Position numbers and translations under genes: made by a program | The notes under the pieces: model-generated | What the model was told of the DNA's origin: nothing | Seen by the model: the letters and a program-made list of their open reading frames with translations, nothing else | Databases searched by the model: none | From: Octopus sinensis | Lineage: Eukaryota | NCBI RefSeq assembly: GCF_006345805.1 | Contig: NC_042999.1 | Location: 64,418,001-64,482,000, forward strand | Direction of reading: 5' to 3' | DNA: 64,000 nucleotides | In this document: in pieces, positions 49,745-62,617 of the stretch | Layout of the letters: each line of letters starts with the position of its first letter | Position numbering within the stretch: position 1 is the first letter of the stretch

Positions 49745-49955
49745 TATATGTACATACATACATACATAACATAACATACAAAATATCCCAAACTGCACAT
49801 ATACATACATACATACATACATACATACATGCAAAAATACAAAAATACCCTGTTGAAATTCAAATGAAAGAGCCTTGGATCTTGGTTAGAAACCAGCTCT
49901 TTCTCTATTGCTCCGTTGGCATGAAGCCTTGAAATGAAACTGAATAATGACATAC
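49745..49955 (+). mobile_element. 3' UTR fragment of the R4-like element seen at 16681
   Basis: CTGCACATA(TACA)n..AAAAATAC(C/T)CTGTTG..AAATTC(A/C)AATGAA..GCCTTG(G/A)ATCT(T/A)GGTTAGAAA; ends AAACTGAATAATGACATACATA. Confidence 0.65.
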
Positions 49956-49988
49956 ATATATGTATATAATATATACGTGTGTGTGTGT

Positions 49989-50034
<46 letters not shown>

Positions 50035-50100
50035 CTGAGTGTTTGTAGTCATTCGCTTTCTCTTTGTTTTTCGAAGGTATTTATATCAGCAGGGCAGCTG

Positions 50101-50174
<74 letters not shown>

Positions 50175-50962
50175 AAGAATGTAATTTTCATCTCGAATTC
50201 TGTGTGTATGTGTGTGTGTATGTATGTGTGTGTATGTGTATGTAGGTGCGCGCGTGAGTGTATTTCTGTGTCAGTGTCTGCGTATGTGCGTGCGCACTTG
50301 TGTGTAACAAAGATTTTAGTGTTCTTATCTGTTGATTCCTATAATCTCTTGATTTTACAAGCAAGAAAATGTATTTTATATTTAGCTTTATTAAAAGAGA
50401 AATCATTATTGTAAAGAAAGCAATAATTATGCGTAGCAATATTTTTTCAGCTGGTTAAATTGTTGTTTCCGACAATTCAGAAAGAGCGGCCATTTTTAAT
50501 AGCATAAATTTGGGTATTACCAAGGAAATACAAATGGTAGAAATGGCATGTTTACTAAATGAACTGTTAGTACATACATATCTGGTATGTACTTCGTATT
50601 AAGCTTTCATAGACTGATGTTGTTGCTGTTGCAATAGGAAATAGTATTTAATCGTCGAACACTGTGAGCTTATCTGTTGCTTATTATGACACTATCGCAT
50701 ATATCTATAGAGGAAGTACTTTATTAATATGACTACGTGTTTCTTTACGCACGTTCAAAAGCAAACGAGCGCGCGCTCGTATACACACACATTCATAGAG
50801 ACGCATAAAGGGAGGAAGAAAGGAAAAGCAAAAAAAGAGGGAGAAAAGGGAGAAATAAATGTCTTTACTGTGTAAAATATATTATAGCAAAATATATATG
50901 GTACACTATATATATGAGCATATATAATTATGTATGTATGTAATGTATGTGTAGTGACGTCA

Positions 50963-51124
50963 TATTCCAGTGTGCGCACACGCAACGTCATTCTTCAGTG
51001 TGCGTGTGCGGAACGTATTCTTCAGTGTGCGTGTGCAGGACATATTCTTCAGTGTGCGTGTGCGGGACGTATTCTTCAGTGTGCGTGTGCGGGGTTGGAA
51101 CCTTCTGGAACCTTCTGGAAAGGC
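50963..51124 (+). repeat. 27-bp minisatellite (ATTCTTCAGTGTGCGTGTGCRGRACRT, four copies plus one degenerate) followed by (GGAACCTTCT)2
   Basis: Units start at 50990, 51017, 51044 and 51071. Confidence 0.9.
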
Positions 51125-51523
51125 ATAACGAAGTTCCCTCATGCACATGCGCTAGAGACTGGGGAAGAAATTCTATCGCGTTCCTTAATAGCGTCGTTGA
51201 CTTGAAACATGGCTATTGAAGAGAAAGGACGTATTTTTAAACGTGTGATCAGCCTATTCTCCTGTCCCAGACGCTTGGGATTTGACCTGCTCTGTTGCTG
51301 CAGAATTTGTTGTAAGAATCTTACAAACGTTAAAATTCAGCCTTGCTGTGTTGAACTAAGTGATACCAATATACCAACGTGCTTCATTTGTGAATAAGAG
51401 AATAAATAATCATATATATTTTTTAACTTGGAAGTTTCTAGAAACAAAAAGAAAGGAAATTGTGTTGCACCCAAGTTGCACCCAAAAAGTGTAAAGAAGC
51501 AACCAGTTCCCTTTACATATGTG

Positions 51524-51630
<107 letters not shown>

Positions 51631-51640
51631 ATATATAAGG

Positions 51641-51788
51641 TACAGTGTACATTTAAACACATTAAGAGGTATCCATCATAGGACACACCGATTTTATCCC
51701 TAATTAGTGGTTTGGACTTTAGCTGTTCCTTGTAGCGTAAGGGAATCCAATGATGGATACCTCTTAATGTGTTTAAATGTACACTGTA
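51641..51788. mobile_element. MITE with perfect 39-bp inverted repeats
   Basis: TACAGTGTACATTTAAACACATTAAGAGGTATCCATCAT (51641-51679) and its exact reverse complement (51750-51788). Confidence 0.85.
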
Positions 51789-52059
51789 TTTTATATGAAT
51801 AATATATAGTCTATTGACTAATTTTTCTATACGCTAGTCCACTGGTAGTAAAAACTTCTTAAATCTTTATTACCCTGGTATTATTAATTATTAAGTATAA
51901 TGATTTCTGGAAAATTTGTTCAAAGAAATTGCCGGCATGTTTTTGCTGCCTAAAAAAAATGCGCCTGCGCAGTGGTTTTGAAAAATTAGAATGTATGAGC
52001 AAGAGGCACATGCTGGATTGGCCTCCTGCTTATATATTTAATCTTGGCGTACCTGTTGA

Positions 52060-52536
52060 CGAAGACTTCGTCTGGCACCACCTTCAGGGACACCACCTTC
52101 AAGGACACCACCTTCAAGTGTTTTAGTTGAATGAATCGACCCTAGGGCTTATTTTTTAAGCCTTGTACTTATTCTAGCGTTCCTTTTTGCCGAACCGCTA
52201 TGTTACGGGGACGCAATCACACCAACACCGGTTGTCAAACGTTGTGGTGGTGGTGGGACAAACACAGGCACAAAGACACATACACACACATACACACATC
52301 ACACACACATCACACACACATACACACGCTCACACATACACACACACTCACACATGCACATATGTATATATACGACGAGTTTCTTTCAGTTTCCGTCTAC
52401 CAAATACACTCACAGGTCTTTGGTCGGCCCGAGATTATAGTAGAAGACACTTACCCAAACTGCTATGCAGTGGGACCGAATCCGGAACCATGAGGTTGGG
52501 AAGCAAGCTTCTTACCACACAGCCATGCGTGCGCCT
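52060..52536 (-). mobile_element. SINE family A; 3' part contains a triplicated 15-mer CACCACCTTCA(G/A)G
   Basis: Both halves present. Confidence 0.8.
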
Positions 52537-52695
52537 ATAAGTAAACATACATACATACATACATACATACATACATACACATACAAACATGCATACATAC
52601 AAACATACATATGCACACACACACACACGCATATTTATATATAATAAATAATAGAAAATATAGTATATGTATATATATCTCTACATACATACATA

Positions 52696-52810
<115 letters not shown>

Positions 52811-52828
52811 GCATGCATATATGGGTTC

Positions 52829-53345
52829 AGAACGTCACCAACGGTGCAAATAACATGAAATACGTGGACAAACGAGGGAAAAACAAGTGAAATACGTAAA
52901 CAACGAGAAAAAAAATGAAAACAGGACAAGTAAACACAGAGAAAGGACCTTCACCAGTCGTCAGTTGTCTATGTGCTCATTTCCTGCATTCAGCGACAAT
53001 ATCCGTCTTCAAAGACAGTTGTTCCCATAAATTCTAAACTAAAATTTAGGATTTCTGGTGAGTCAAAGTTGTGAACAAAAAAATGACAGTGGTGGCATAC
53101 AAGAAAACCGAACGAAAACAAAGATGAAGAATCATTAGACCAGAACGAGAAGAAAATAGTGAATCCTGGGAGAAACATTATTTTTTAAGATAAAAGGTAG
53201 GAGAGAGAACACGTTCGTTGTTTTATATGTCCACGCAGGAAAAGAAAGATGGTCACGTGAGGAAAAGAAAAATGAACGATGGTCACGTGGAGCAACGGGA
53301 GAGGGAGAGAGAGAGAGAAAAGGAGAGAGTGAGAGAGAGACAGAT
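52829..53345 (-). mobile_element. ~520-bp (TA)n-anchored repeat, copy 1
   Basis: Homologous along its whole length to the reverse complement of 53860-54372. Confidence 0.75.
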
Positions 53346-53374
53346 AGTCGCATCAAAAAGGTGAAGATAAACTT

Positions 53375-53712
53375 ACTTGGAAACCGAACGAAAACAAATA
53401 TGGAGGGTCAATTTGTTTATCAGCAAAATTGCCGACACATATATGTACATACATATATATGCGTGTATGTTTATGTATATATGTCTGCATATATGTATGG
53501 ATACATGTGTGTGAATGTATATGTATATACTTATTTATACACAAACACACAGACACACACACACATTTATATTCATATTCGTCAGGCTTCTTTCAGTTTC
53601 CGCCTACCAAATCCCCTTGGAAGGCTGTGGCCGGCCGAGGCCTATAGTAGCAGACACTTACTGAAGGTGTCACGCAGTGAAACTGAACCTGGAACCATGT
53701 GGTTGGGAAGCA
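53375..53712 (-). mobile_element. SINE family A, partial old copy
   Basis: 5' half recognisable at 53580-53712. Confidence 0.6.
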
Positions 53713-53859
53713 AACATTCATTTACCTACACACACATATACATACATACATACACATACATACATACATACATACATACATACATACATACATACATACA
53801 TACGTACTTACATACACTCTATACTGTTTTTCTACCCCATCGTTTTCTCTACCGTTTTC

Positions 53860-54372
53860 TGTCTGCTCTCTCTCTCTCCCTCTTTCTCCTGTTCTCTCTC
53901 TCGTTGCCCATACTGACCATTGTCCATCTTTCTTTTCCTCACGTGATCATCTTTCTTTTCTTTCAGGACTGTTCTAAGGACGGAACGTATCCTATCTCTC
54001 TCTTCTATCTTTCCTCTTCTCAAAGAAAATATTTTTCTAGCGTTCGCTATTTTACCCTCGTTCTCGTCTAATGGCCTCCATTTTTGTTTTCGTTCGGTTT
54101 CTTTGTATATCTCCTCGTCCTGTTTTTGTTCCCAACTTTGACCCTCCATAAATCCCAAATTATATTTTCGTACTTATGGGAGCAACTTTCTTCGAAGCCT
54201 CATATTGTCCTTCAATGCTCGAAATGAGAAGTTGATAGACAACTGACAACTGATGAAGGGTCGTTCTTTGTGTTACTTGTCCTATTTTCCATTTGTTTCT
54301 CTCGTTGTTTGCGCATTGAACTCATTTATTCTCGTATTTCATGTTGTTTACTGTTGGTGACGTCCTATGTCC
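53860..54372 (+). mobile_element. ~520-bp (TA)n-anchored repeat, copy 2 (inverted relative to copy 1)
   Basis: Shared blocks ACGTCACCAAC, AACATGAAATACG, AGGACAAGTAA, GTCAGTTGTCTAT, AAACCGAACGAAAACAAA, CACGTGAGGAAAAGAAA. Confidence 0.75.
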
Positions 54373-55353
54373 ATATATGCATGTGTATGTGTGTGTGTAT
54401 GCATATATATATATATATATATACATACAATTTATATATATATATATATGTGTGTGGTGTGTGTATGTGTGTGTGTATGTAATTACACACACAATAATTT
54501 AAGTGTTCGTGTATACATATATATCTGTATTCTCTCAAGCGTATATTCACATTTACACACGCATGCAACCATAAGCAACTACCAGAACAATAATAAAACA
54601 TATAACTGTCTTTAAGTGGTTCTTTTGTCCACCATGTTTAGCTAGTGTTTCTCACCAGTTAACACGACGTACTGAAAATATTAAGAAGAGATACGTAAAT
54701 CAGTCACACGCTACAGAGAGAGCACTTTCCCACGAAATCTAGTACGATAGTCTGACACGTGTCTCAATATATGTCCCCTTAATTCATCAATCTCTCTGCC
54801 TGTCTGTCTCTCTTTCTCTCCCCCCCGCCTCTCAAATTCACGCATTCCCTTCCACTCTCATATATACTCTCATTTGCTTTTACATTCAGATATACTTAAC
54901 ATTAGCATCACGCGAGCTCAAATAGTCAAATCTACGTGTGTACATACAACAGGGTATGTCTGAGACACACATGTGGCTTCAGACGTATGCATTCATACAT
55001 TCACACGCACAACGTACATATAAATCTTTGCACATTCTCACAATCTACATATACTCCTACAGGCACGCACAACGACACACGTATAAATACATACAAAAAC
55101 ATACATGCACACTGATAAAAATAATAAAATACTAGATATAGAGAGGAGGGTAATTACTGCATAAATAAACAAATAAAATAATTTATTCATTATATTTTAT
55201 TCTCCGAAGTAACATAAATTCATATACACACTAATGAACGAACACACACACACACACACAGAACAAACACATACACACGCACTCACACAAACACGCATGG
55301 TTATGGTTTCAAGGGGCGTAAAATTGCATATAAGCGACAAAAGGATTCAATAT

Positions 55354-55872
<519 letters not shown>

Positions 55873-56717
55873 ATACTACTAAATAAAGTGGAATAGCATT
55901 GATTTATTTAGTGCTGAGTCTGTGAGTCACCTCCAGTTGAACAGTAACGAGGACGCTAACGAGAAACTCCATATATATATATTAGAAATATGTTACAAAA
56001 AGAAAATAAAAAACTATACGTGGAAATGTAAAGGGAAAGTAAGAAGAAAAATAAGCGAAAATGCACATTGGATATAAACAAAGTAAAGGCTTTTTATGAA
56101 AAGTAGCGAAAGATATATACAATTAGATGAACTGAGATAGGAATAAAAGTAGTAAAAGTCATTACTGTGAATTGTTAAAGAGATTCAAAAGCATACCGTT
56201 TTCGTAAAATTACTAATCATTGCTTTGAATACACACCGATTACTGAACGGTGTCAGGTCTACTAGTCCCTGAGTAAAAAGATTATGCGTAAGGGAGGTAA
56301 ATAGTTCTGGATTAAGTGCAATTACGGTAGATATAAATCTGTAATGTGAATGGTGTATGGAATGTGCGGGGGTTAGTGATATTAATTGAAAGGTTTGTAG
56401 TGTTCTGTATTATGTTATGTGTTCATATTGAGTTGTGGAAGATATTTATTGATGAAAGTTGCCTCTTTATTCATTCTTTGTTGCACTGAGGTGTTCTGTG
56501 AACATTGATAGAAGGGAAAATTAGGAAATTAGGATTAAGATCCCTAGCACACCTTTCTATGTGTTCACTGACCTGTATCTGCATATATATACACACATTC
56601 ACAGACACACACACGCACACACATACATATATATATATATATATTTGTATGTATATGTATATATATATATTATATATATATATATACATACATACATACA
56701 TACATACATAAATACAT

Positions 56718-56794
<77 letters not shown>

Positions 56795-56858
56795 CGTAAA
56801 TGTCGAACGATGAAATTTAATTGCTCAACACCACATTGGTGGATATAATTTCTTTATT

Positions 56859-57057
56859 TGTGAATTAAGGCTACCATTGGTTTCATGTTAAGAAAAGTAG
56901 GAAAATACCCTAGTGTCTTAACAATTTCTCAAGCCGATCACATGGAGAAAATTGTTCGCCTAATTTTTCTATATATGATCGGCTTGAAAAATTGTTAAGA
57001 CACTAGGATGTCTTCCTACTTTTCTTAATATGAAACCAATGGTACCCTTAATTCACA
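56859..57057. repeat. 199-bp fold-back palindrome
   Basis: TGTGAATTAAGGCTACCATTGGTTTCATGTTAAGAAAAGTAGGAA...CAAGCCGATCA / TGATCGGCTTG...TTCCTACTTTTCTTAATATGAAACCAATGGTACCCTTAATTCACA. Confidence 0.92.
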
Positions 57058-57799
57058 CACACACACACACATGTCTGTGTGTATGTGTGTGTGCGTGTAT
57101 GTTTGTGTGTGTGTCTGTGTGGTATTTTATCTCCATTTCTATATATTTAAAAATATTCAAAATGTATTTCCCTTCAGTTTAAATGATTTCGATTTGCACT
57201 GTGATTTGCCGAACTAGCCCACCGTGTAAACCGAAGGGCAGTTGTAGATTGATATCTACAAAAGATGATAAACCACTGAAAAACCGTTCCCCCAAAAGAT
57301 AAAGGTGACAAAATATATAAATGTTCAATCAAACATTCGTCCCTTTTCCCGTTTAGAAATTTGATAGATAAGACAATTGCTCCTTAGTCTCGCTACAACA
57401 CGTGACATATTATCAAATGCGTATTGTCGTGGGAAATGGTGAGTGGGTGGGGAATCCACTTATGGGTTTATGATTGCCGAACGGGCGTTTCCGAATAAAA
57501 TGCTAAGATGTTATTGATTTAGTTGTTGTTGGTGATGATGTTTTTTTGTTGTTGTTTTTGTGTTGTTTCATTAAGCCCCATCAATCCCAGCTAATCAGAC
57601 TTATGATAAAACGTTTCAGTTATGGCCATCGCCGTCTCAGCGCTTGCGAAGCGGATAGAATGATTCGAGGTATTTGGTGTGGTTCTCAGCGCTCTGATTT
57701 CAAATCCCACCGAGGTCATCTTTTCCTTTCATCGTTTTGGGGCCGATCAAATAAATAAATAAATAAAAAACAGGGTACTAATCCTTTGCTGAAATACTG

Positions 57800-58022
57800 T
57801 TTATAGGGAACATACGACTAGAAATAAATGTAGAACAGCAGCAAATATCGCGCTCCAACCGAGGCCACCTCGTTCACTGTGACCGTCACCAGAACTTTCA
57901 GAAATTAATGTATAGATTGTGCAGCGAACGCAAAAAGTGTAACAACCCAAGTTGATACAAATCGGGAGCGAACTCGAGACCTCATGGATGCAAAACAAAC
58001 GTCTTATCCATTCAACCATACT
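57800..58022 (-). mobile_element. Probable old tRNA-headed SINE of another family
   Basis: Minus strand TATGGTTGAATGGATAAG (A-box-like) ... GAGTTCGCTCCC (B-box-like); single copy in the window. Confidence 0.4.
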
Positions 58023-58279
58023 GCACTTACATGACCGTTATTAATAGCCACAAAAGATACAGTCATTGGTCCAGAAACCATTTGTGTTCTTTCGTTATAC
58101 TTGTTTAAATGTTATAACAATACCGACTGCTCTTCTGACTATGTAAATTACATATATCCTTATCCTATACAACACATATATTTCCTTGACTTCTGTAATA
58201 TCTAGCGTCTCTCATGTCATTAGATCTTTCAATCCAGAGCGGTAGAGTGTTGGGATTGCTGGAATGTCATGTGAAATAC

Positions 58280-58445
58280 TCCAGCTCTTTGAACTCTGAC
58301 AGCAACTCTTGCGGTGACGTTGCGGTGTCAAGCTCTACTGACCCAAATCGGCAACCTTTCTCATGGATAAACATCAGTGAGGTCGGAAAGGGCGACTTGC
58401 ATGTATGGACAACCGTCTGCCTTCCTAAAAACGTCTTGCCCAGGC
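58280..58445 (-). CDS. Candidate exon beginning GLGKTFLGRQ (P-loop-like), unverified
   Basis: atttacag|GC CTG GGC AAG ACG; one open minus frame; donor GTATTT is weak, otherwise a stop at 58267. Confidence 0.2.
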
Positions 58446-58699
58446 CTGTAAATATATATAGATATATGGTCAACCTCGATCTTTCTCTCCATGACTATCG
58501 TATCTTTTTTTTTGTATATCTGGATCTACGTTGTACAATGGCATCTTAAAATTTTGAGATACACCGTACCTTTAAGATAGGATATAATTTAAGAATGATT
58601 TGGTTGTTAATTTTAGCAGTTCGAGTGACTGTATAGAAATTCACACTTTGGGCCGAGATAGTTTGCTGTTCTTGCAACAATTTTTTTATTTGCTGTTGT

Positions 58700-59073
58700 T
58701 GCTGTTGCTGTTGAGCGAACGGTCATCGTCCCAGAGCTCGCAAGATGGGAGAAGTCCGAAATGTGGTCCTTTGCTATTCGTAAGACCCGCAGAAGAGAAA
58801 GCAGGTCAACCCCCGACACCGAGAGCATCGACGGATGGATGAATGCGCACCAGGCTCAGCGATGCGTAGGAAGTCGGGGACAAGAAACAGGAAGAAAGAA
58901 TGAGAGAAAGTTGGAGCGAAAGAGTACAACAGGAGTCGCCACCACGCCCTGCCGGAGCTCGTGGAGCTTTAGGTGTTTTCGCTCAATAAACACATACAAC
59001 GCCCGGTCTGGGAATCGAAACCGTGATCCTCCGACGCGAGTCCGCTGCCATAACCATTGGGCCATTGCGCCTC
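58700..59073 (-). mobile_element. SINE with a family C head and body but a different 3' region
   Basis: GGAGGCGCAATGGCCCAATGGTTA...GGTTTCGATTCCCAGACCGGGCG...AAAACACCTAAAGCTCCACGAGCTCCGGCAG. Confidence 0.75.
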
Positions 59074-59888
59074 CACTGCTGTTGTTGCTCTTCCTTTTGT
59101 TGTTATTGTTAAGCTTCGGATCATCCCTGGTCAAGAAGATCTCTGATTAAAGCTATTCCAGGGGGCTCAGGACCATATCATCCAATTGATATATTTTCTA
59201 AGATGATAGTGTGAGATTTGAGGGAGAAATGGCTGCTATTTATAGCAGTTCGAGCCACGACATTGGTTTGTTTGTGGCTGTTATTGTTGCTGATATTGTA
59301 TAATCTCATATAACCCGTGATCAAGTGTACCCTTTAATACTCAGGCACACTGTGGATGAATTTGTGAGATTCTTAGACCTAATGCTCAATATTCAAACCT
59401 TGATATCAAATGCTTCGACTCGTTAAGGATCACATAGCATAACCCGGTACTCAATGGTTTATTGTATGCAGTACAGAGTTGCATTCTCAATATGTTACCG
59501 TTTTGCATTCACTGTATAATCTGTACTATAATTCTTGAAAGTTCTGGCAAAAGTCACAGGGCGTGAAGTGGAATTAATCGGATCGTGACATTCGTTGTTT
59601 TTTCCACACAATCTCACACACTCACACACAGGCACAGTCACACATATATATTTTATTTTAGTTGAATCACTCACTCGCTACTCTGAATTTCACCTGTACG
59701 TGCGCAGGATCTTGAGGCAATTTATGTCTTAAGACCCTGTCATAACTTGTCTGAAGGTCCTGTATTCTCACAGATGAAACGCAGAATAGCAAAAGAGTGA
59801 CTGAACCAAAATAAATACATTATTAATATCTATTTCGTATTGAGTAATCGTTTGTCCGTCAGTTAACACTATCTATCTATCTATCTAA

Positions 59889-59939
<51 letters not shown>

Positions 59940-59969
59940 CACATACATACATACATACATACATACATA

Positions 59970-60234
59970 TTTTTTTTTACTGCCCACAAGGGGCTACACA
60001 CAGAGGGGGCAAACAAGAAGAGACAAAGGGATTAAGTCGATTACATCGACCCCAGTGCGTAACTGGTAATTATTTAATCTAGACCAGTGTACAACTGGTA
60101 CTTATTTAATCGACCCCGAAAGGATGAAAGACAAAGTCGACCTCGGCGGAATTTGAACTCAGAAAGTAGCGGCAGACGAAATACCGCTAAGCATTTCGCC
60201 CGGCGTGCTAACGATTCTGCCAGCTCGCCACCTT
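59970..60234 (-). mobile_element. SINE family B, near full length with short internal duplication
   Basis: Matches B consensus; AACTGGTA(A/C)TTATTTAATC twice. Confidence 0.88.
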
Positions 60235-60436
60235 ATACATACATAAGTATCAGGTGGTTATATCTGGTCAGACATGACCTGGACCGATTATTTGACGAAA
60301 AATATCTATATCTAACTAGCATTAGTTTTTTAGGGTCGTTCAATTTTTCTCAACCGACAACGATTATTGGAAACAGCTGTTAGTCGAATTTGCAACAATA
60401 AAAGAATATGTAAAGACCGTTATTTATACCTTGTCT

Positions 60437-60485
<49 letters not shown>

Positions 60486-60486
60486 T

Positions 60487-60778
60487 TGCTGTTTGTTCCT
60501 TCTCGAGCCACGCCTGGCTCATAGAACCGGTTTCCCGGTTTCCTTGGCGTATAGGTTCCCCACCTGGACAGGACACCGGTCCGTCGCAGGTGAGCTGCAA
60601 GATGCAGGAGGAGAGAGTGAGAGAAAATTGTGGCGAAAGAGTCAGCAGAAGTTCGCAATTACCTTCTGCTGGAGCTGCGTGGAGCTTAGGTGTTTCGCTC
60701 CTAAACACACACATCGCCCGCCCGGTCTGAGATTCGGAACCCGCGAGTCCGCTGCTCTGACCACTAGACCATGTGCCT

Positions 60779-60780
<2 letters not shown>
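60487..60780 (-). mobile_element. SINE family C
   Basis: Homologous to 5253-5558. Confidence 0.9.
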
Positions 60781-60828
<48 letters not shown>

Positions 60829-60853
60829 TATATATATATAATATAATATATAT

Positions 60854-60931
<78 letters not shown>

Positions 60932-60958
60932 TTATTATTTATATATATATTATATATA

Positions 60959-61002
<44 letters not shown>

Positions 61003-62114
61003 TTATATATATATTTATTTATTTGTATATATATATATGCATACATATAGTTGAATTGAAGGTTATGCATAAAACTTATTCCTACTTATTGACATTCACA
61101 TTTCACACTTTCAGTTCATTTATCTAAGAGGCCTGACCTGTTTCTATGCAGTACTTAACCCTAGGAATACATACAAGCATACATACATACAAGCATACAT
61201 ACATACAAACGCACGTACGCACGCGCATACATACACATATCACATATTGCAATTTCAATTTCAGTATATTTAATTAAAACTGATTACTTCTCATTTACTT
61301 ATATTTATTTCTGCAAATCATATATATAACAATTACATACGTACGTAAACACAAATTTACATATATTCACATATACATGCATACATACATACGTACATGC
61401 AAACAATATATTTATATGTATACATGCATACTGACAAACATAGATATAATCACATACACAGACACATATGATTTATAGAAATAATACAAAATAAGTGAAT
61501 TAGTTAAAAGTAATCAGTTTTAATCATATAGATTGAAACCGGGATTAATTTAACGTAATGTATTGCAACGTATGATTGAAAATCCGTTTAACTGCAGAAC
61601 AGTTTTTCCATTGTGTATTATAACTAGTTGGTTAGAAGGCGATTAAGCCTGTCAATGTTTCTAAGTACATGTCTGCGTTTTATATATTAGTGGGAAGAGG
61701 AACAAAGAACATTACCCCTGACCCTTCGACGTCAGTCTATGATTTACTTAACGTTTTATTAACAAGAAATTGAGCTTCATGTTGCTAGCGTTCAGTTTTA
61801 TTTTCTGCGAGTTAAGGATGTTTGCAATAAAAAAATTATATAGGAAGCTTAGATAAAGAATGTATAAAGGTTACAGATCGGAGGAAGCATTGTTGGAGAA
61901 AAAAAATATAGCGATTCCCTTTTATCTTTTATTTATTTATTTTTACTTGTATACGGGTGACTCTCAAGAGTCAAGGCTATTGAACATTTTAGGAAAATAA
62001 AAATAAGAAATAAGTGGAAAGTTTACCGGTGAGTGTGTTAAATTATAAGGCACAAGAAAGAAAATGACTCTCCCCAGACACAACAGCATATATATATATA
62101 TATATTCATATGTA

Positions 62115-62159
<45 letters not shown>

Positions 62160-62550
62160 AAACGTATACATGTATGCGTGATACATATGTGTAGATACAC
62201 ACATATATAACTGATATGCACCTCTGACTATACTTATGAAAACTCGATCGATTCTCCAGCGGTCATCGATGACGAATTTTCAGCTGTTCGACTGAAGGAA
62301 TTTCTCGTTAAATGAATATGCAAAGGACTGAGTATTCGCAGACTTCTGCAGGCACATCTTGTCTTCACTGCAGTTTCCAGTTGGAATCGCGAACCAGTTC
62401 TATTTATCTTTTAAAAAAAAACTACCCCAATTAAATGTTCGAGTTTTTATTTGTTTTTGTCTATTCTTATTATTTGCTTTAGTTATTTGTCACTTTGAGT
62501 TTCTTATTTTCCGACTGCCTAATCAAGCATACTTTCACAACTTAATTTAC

Positions 62551-62553
<3 letters not shown>

Positions 62554-62616
<63 letters not shown>
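62554..62616. repeat. (TAA)n tract at the 5' junction of the R4/Dong-like element
   Basis: Read directly. Confidence 0.95.

Positions 62617-62617
<1 letters not shown>

Noticed and set aside
50765-50780. 16-bp perfect palindrome ACGAGCGCGCGCTCGT
   Set aside because: Short, built on a (CG)n core, and with no supporting context.
50963-51097. CRISPR-like array
   Set aside because: The 27-bp units are contiguous with no unique spacers, the context is eukaryotic and there are no cas genes.
54245-54290. CTGATGAAGGG as a hammerhead core (also CTGATGAAG at ~32490)
   Set aside because: No downstream stem II plus GAAA, and permuted type II/III folds did not close.
58214-58549. Plus-strand ORF read as an Ig-like domain
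   Set aside because: Cys spacing and the D-x-G-x-Y-x-C motif do not fit, and it overlaps an equally weak minus-strand candidate.
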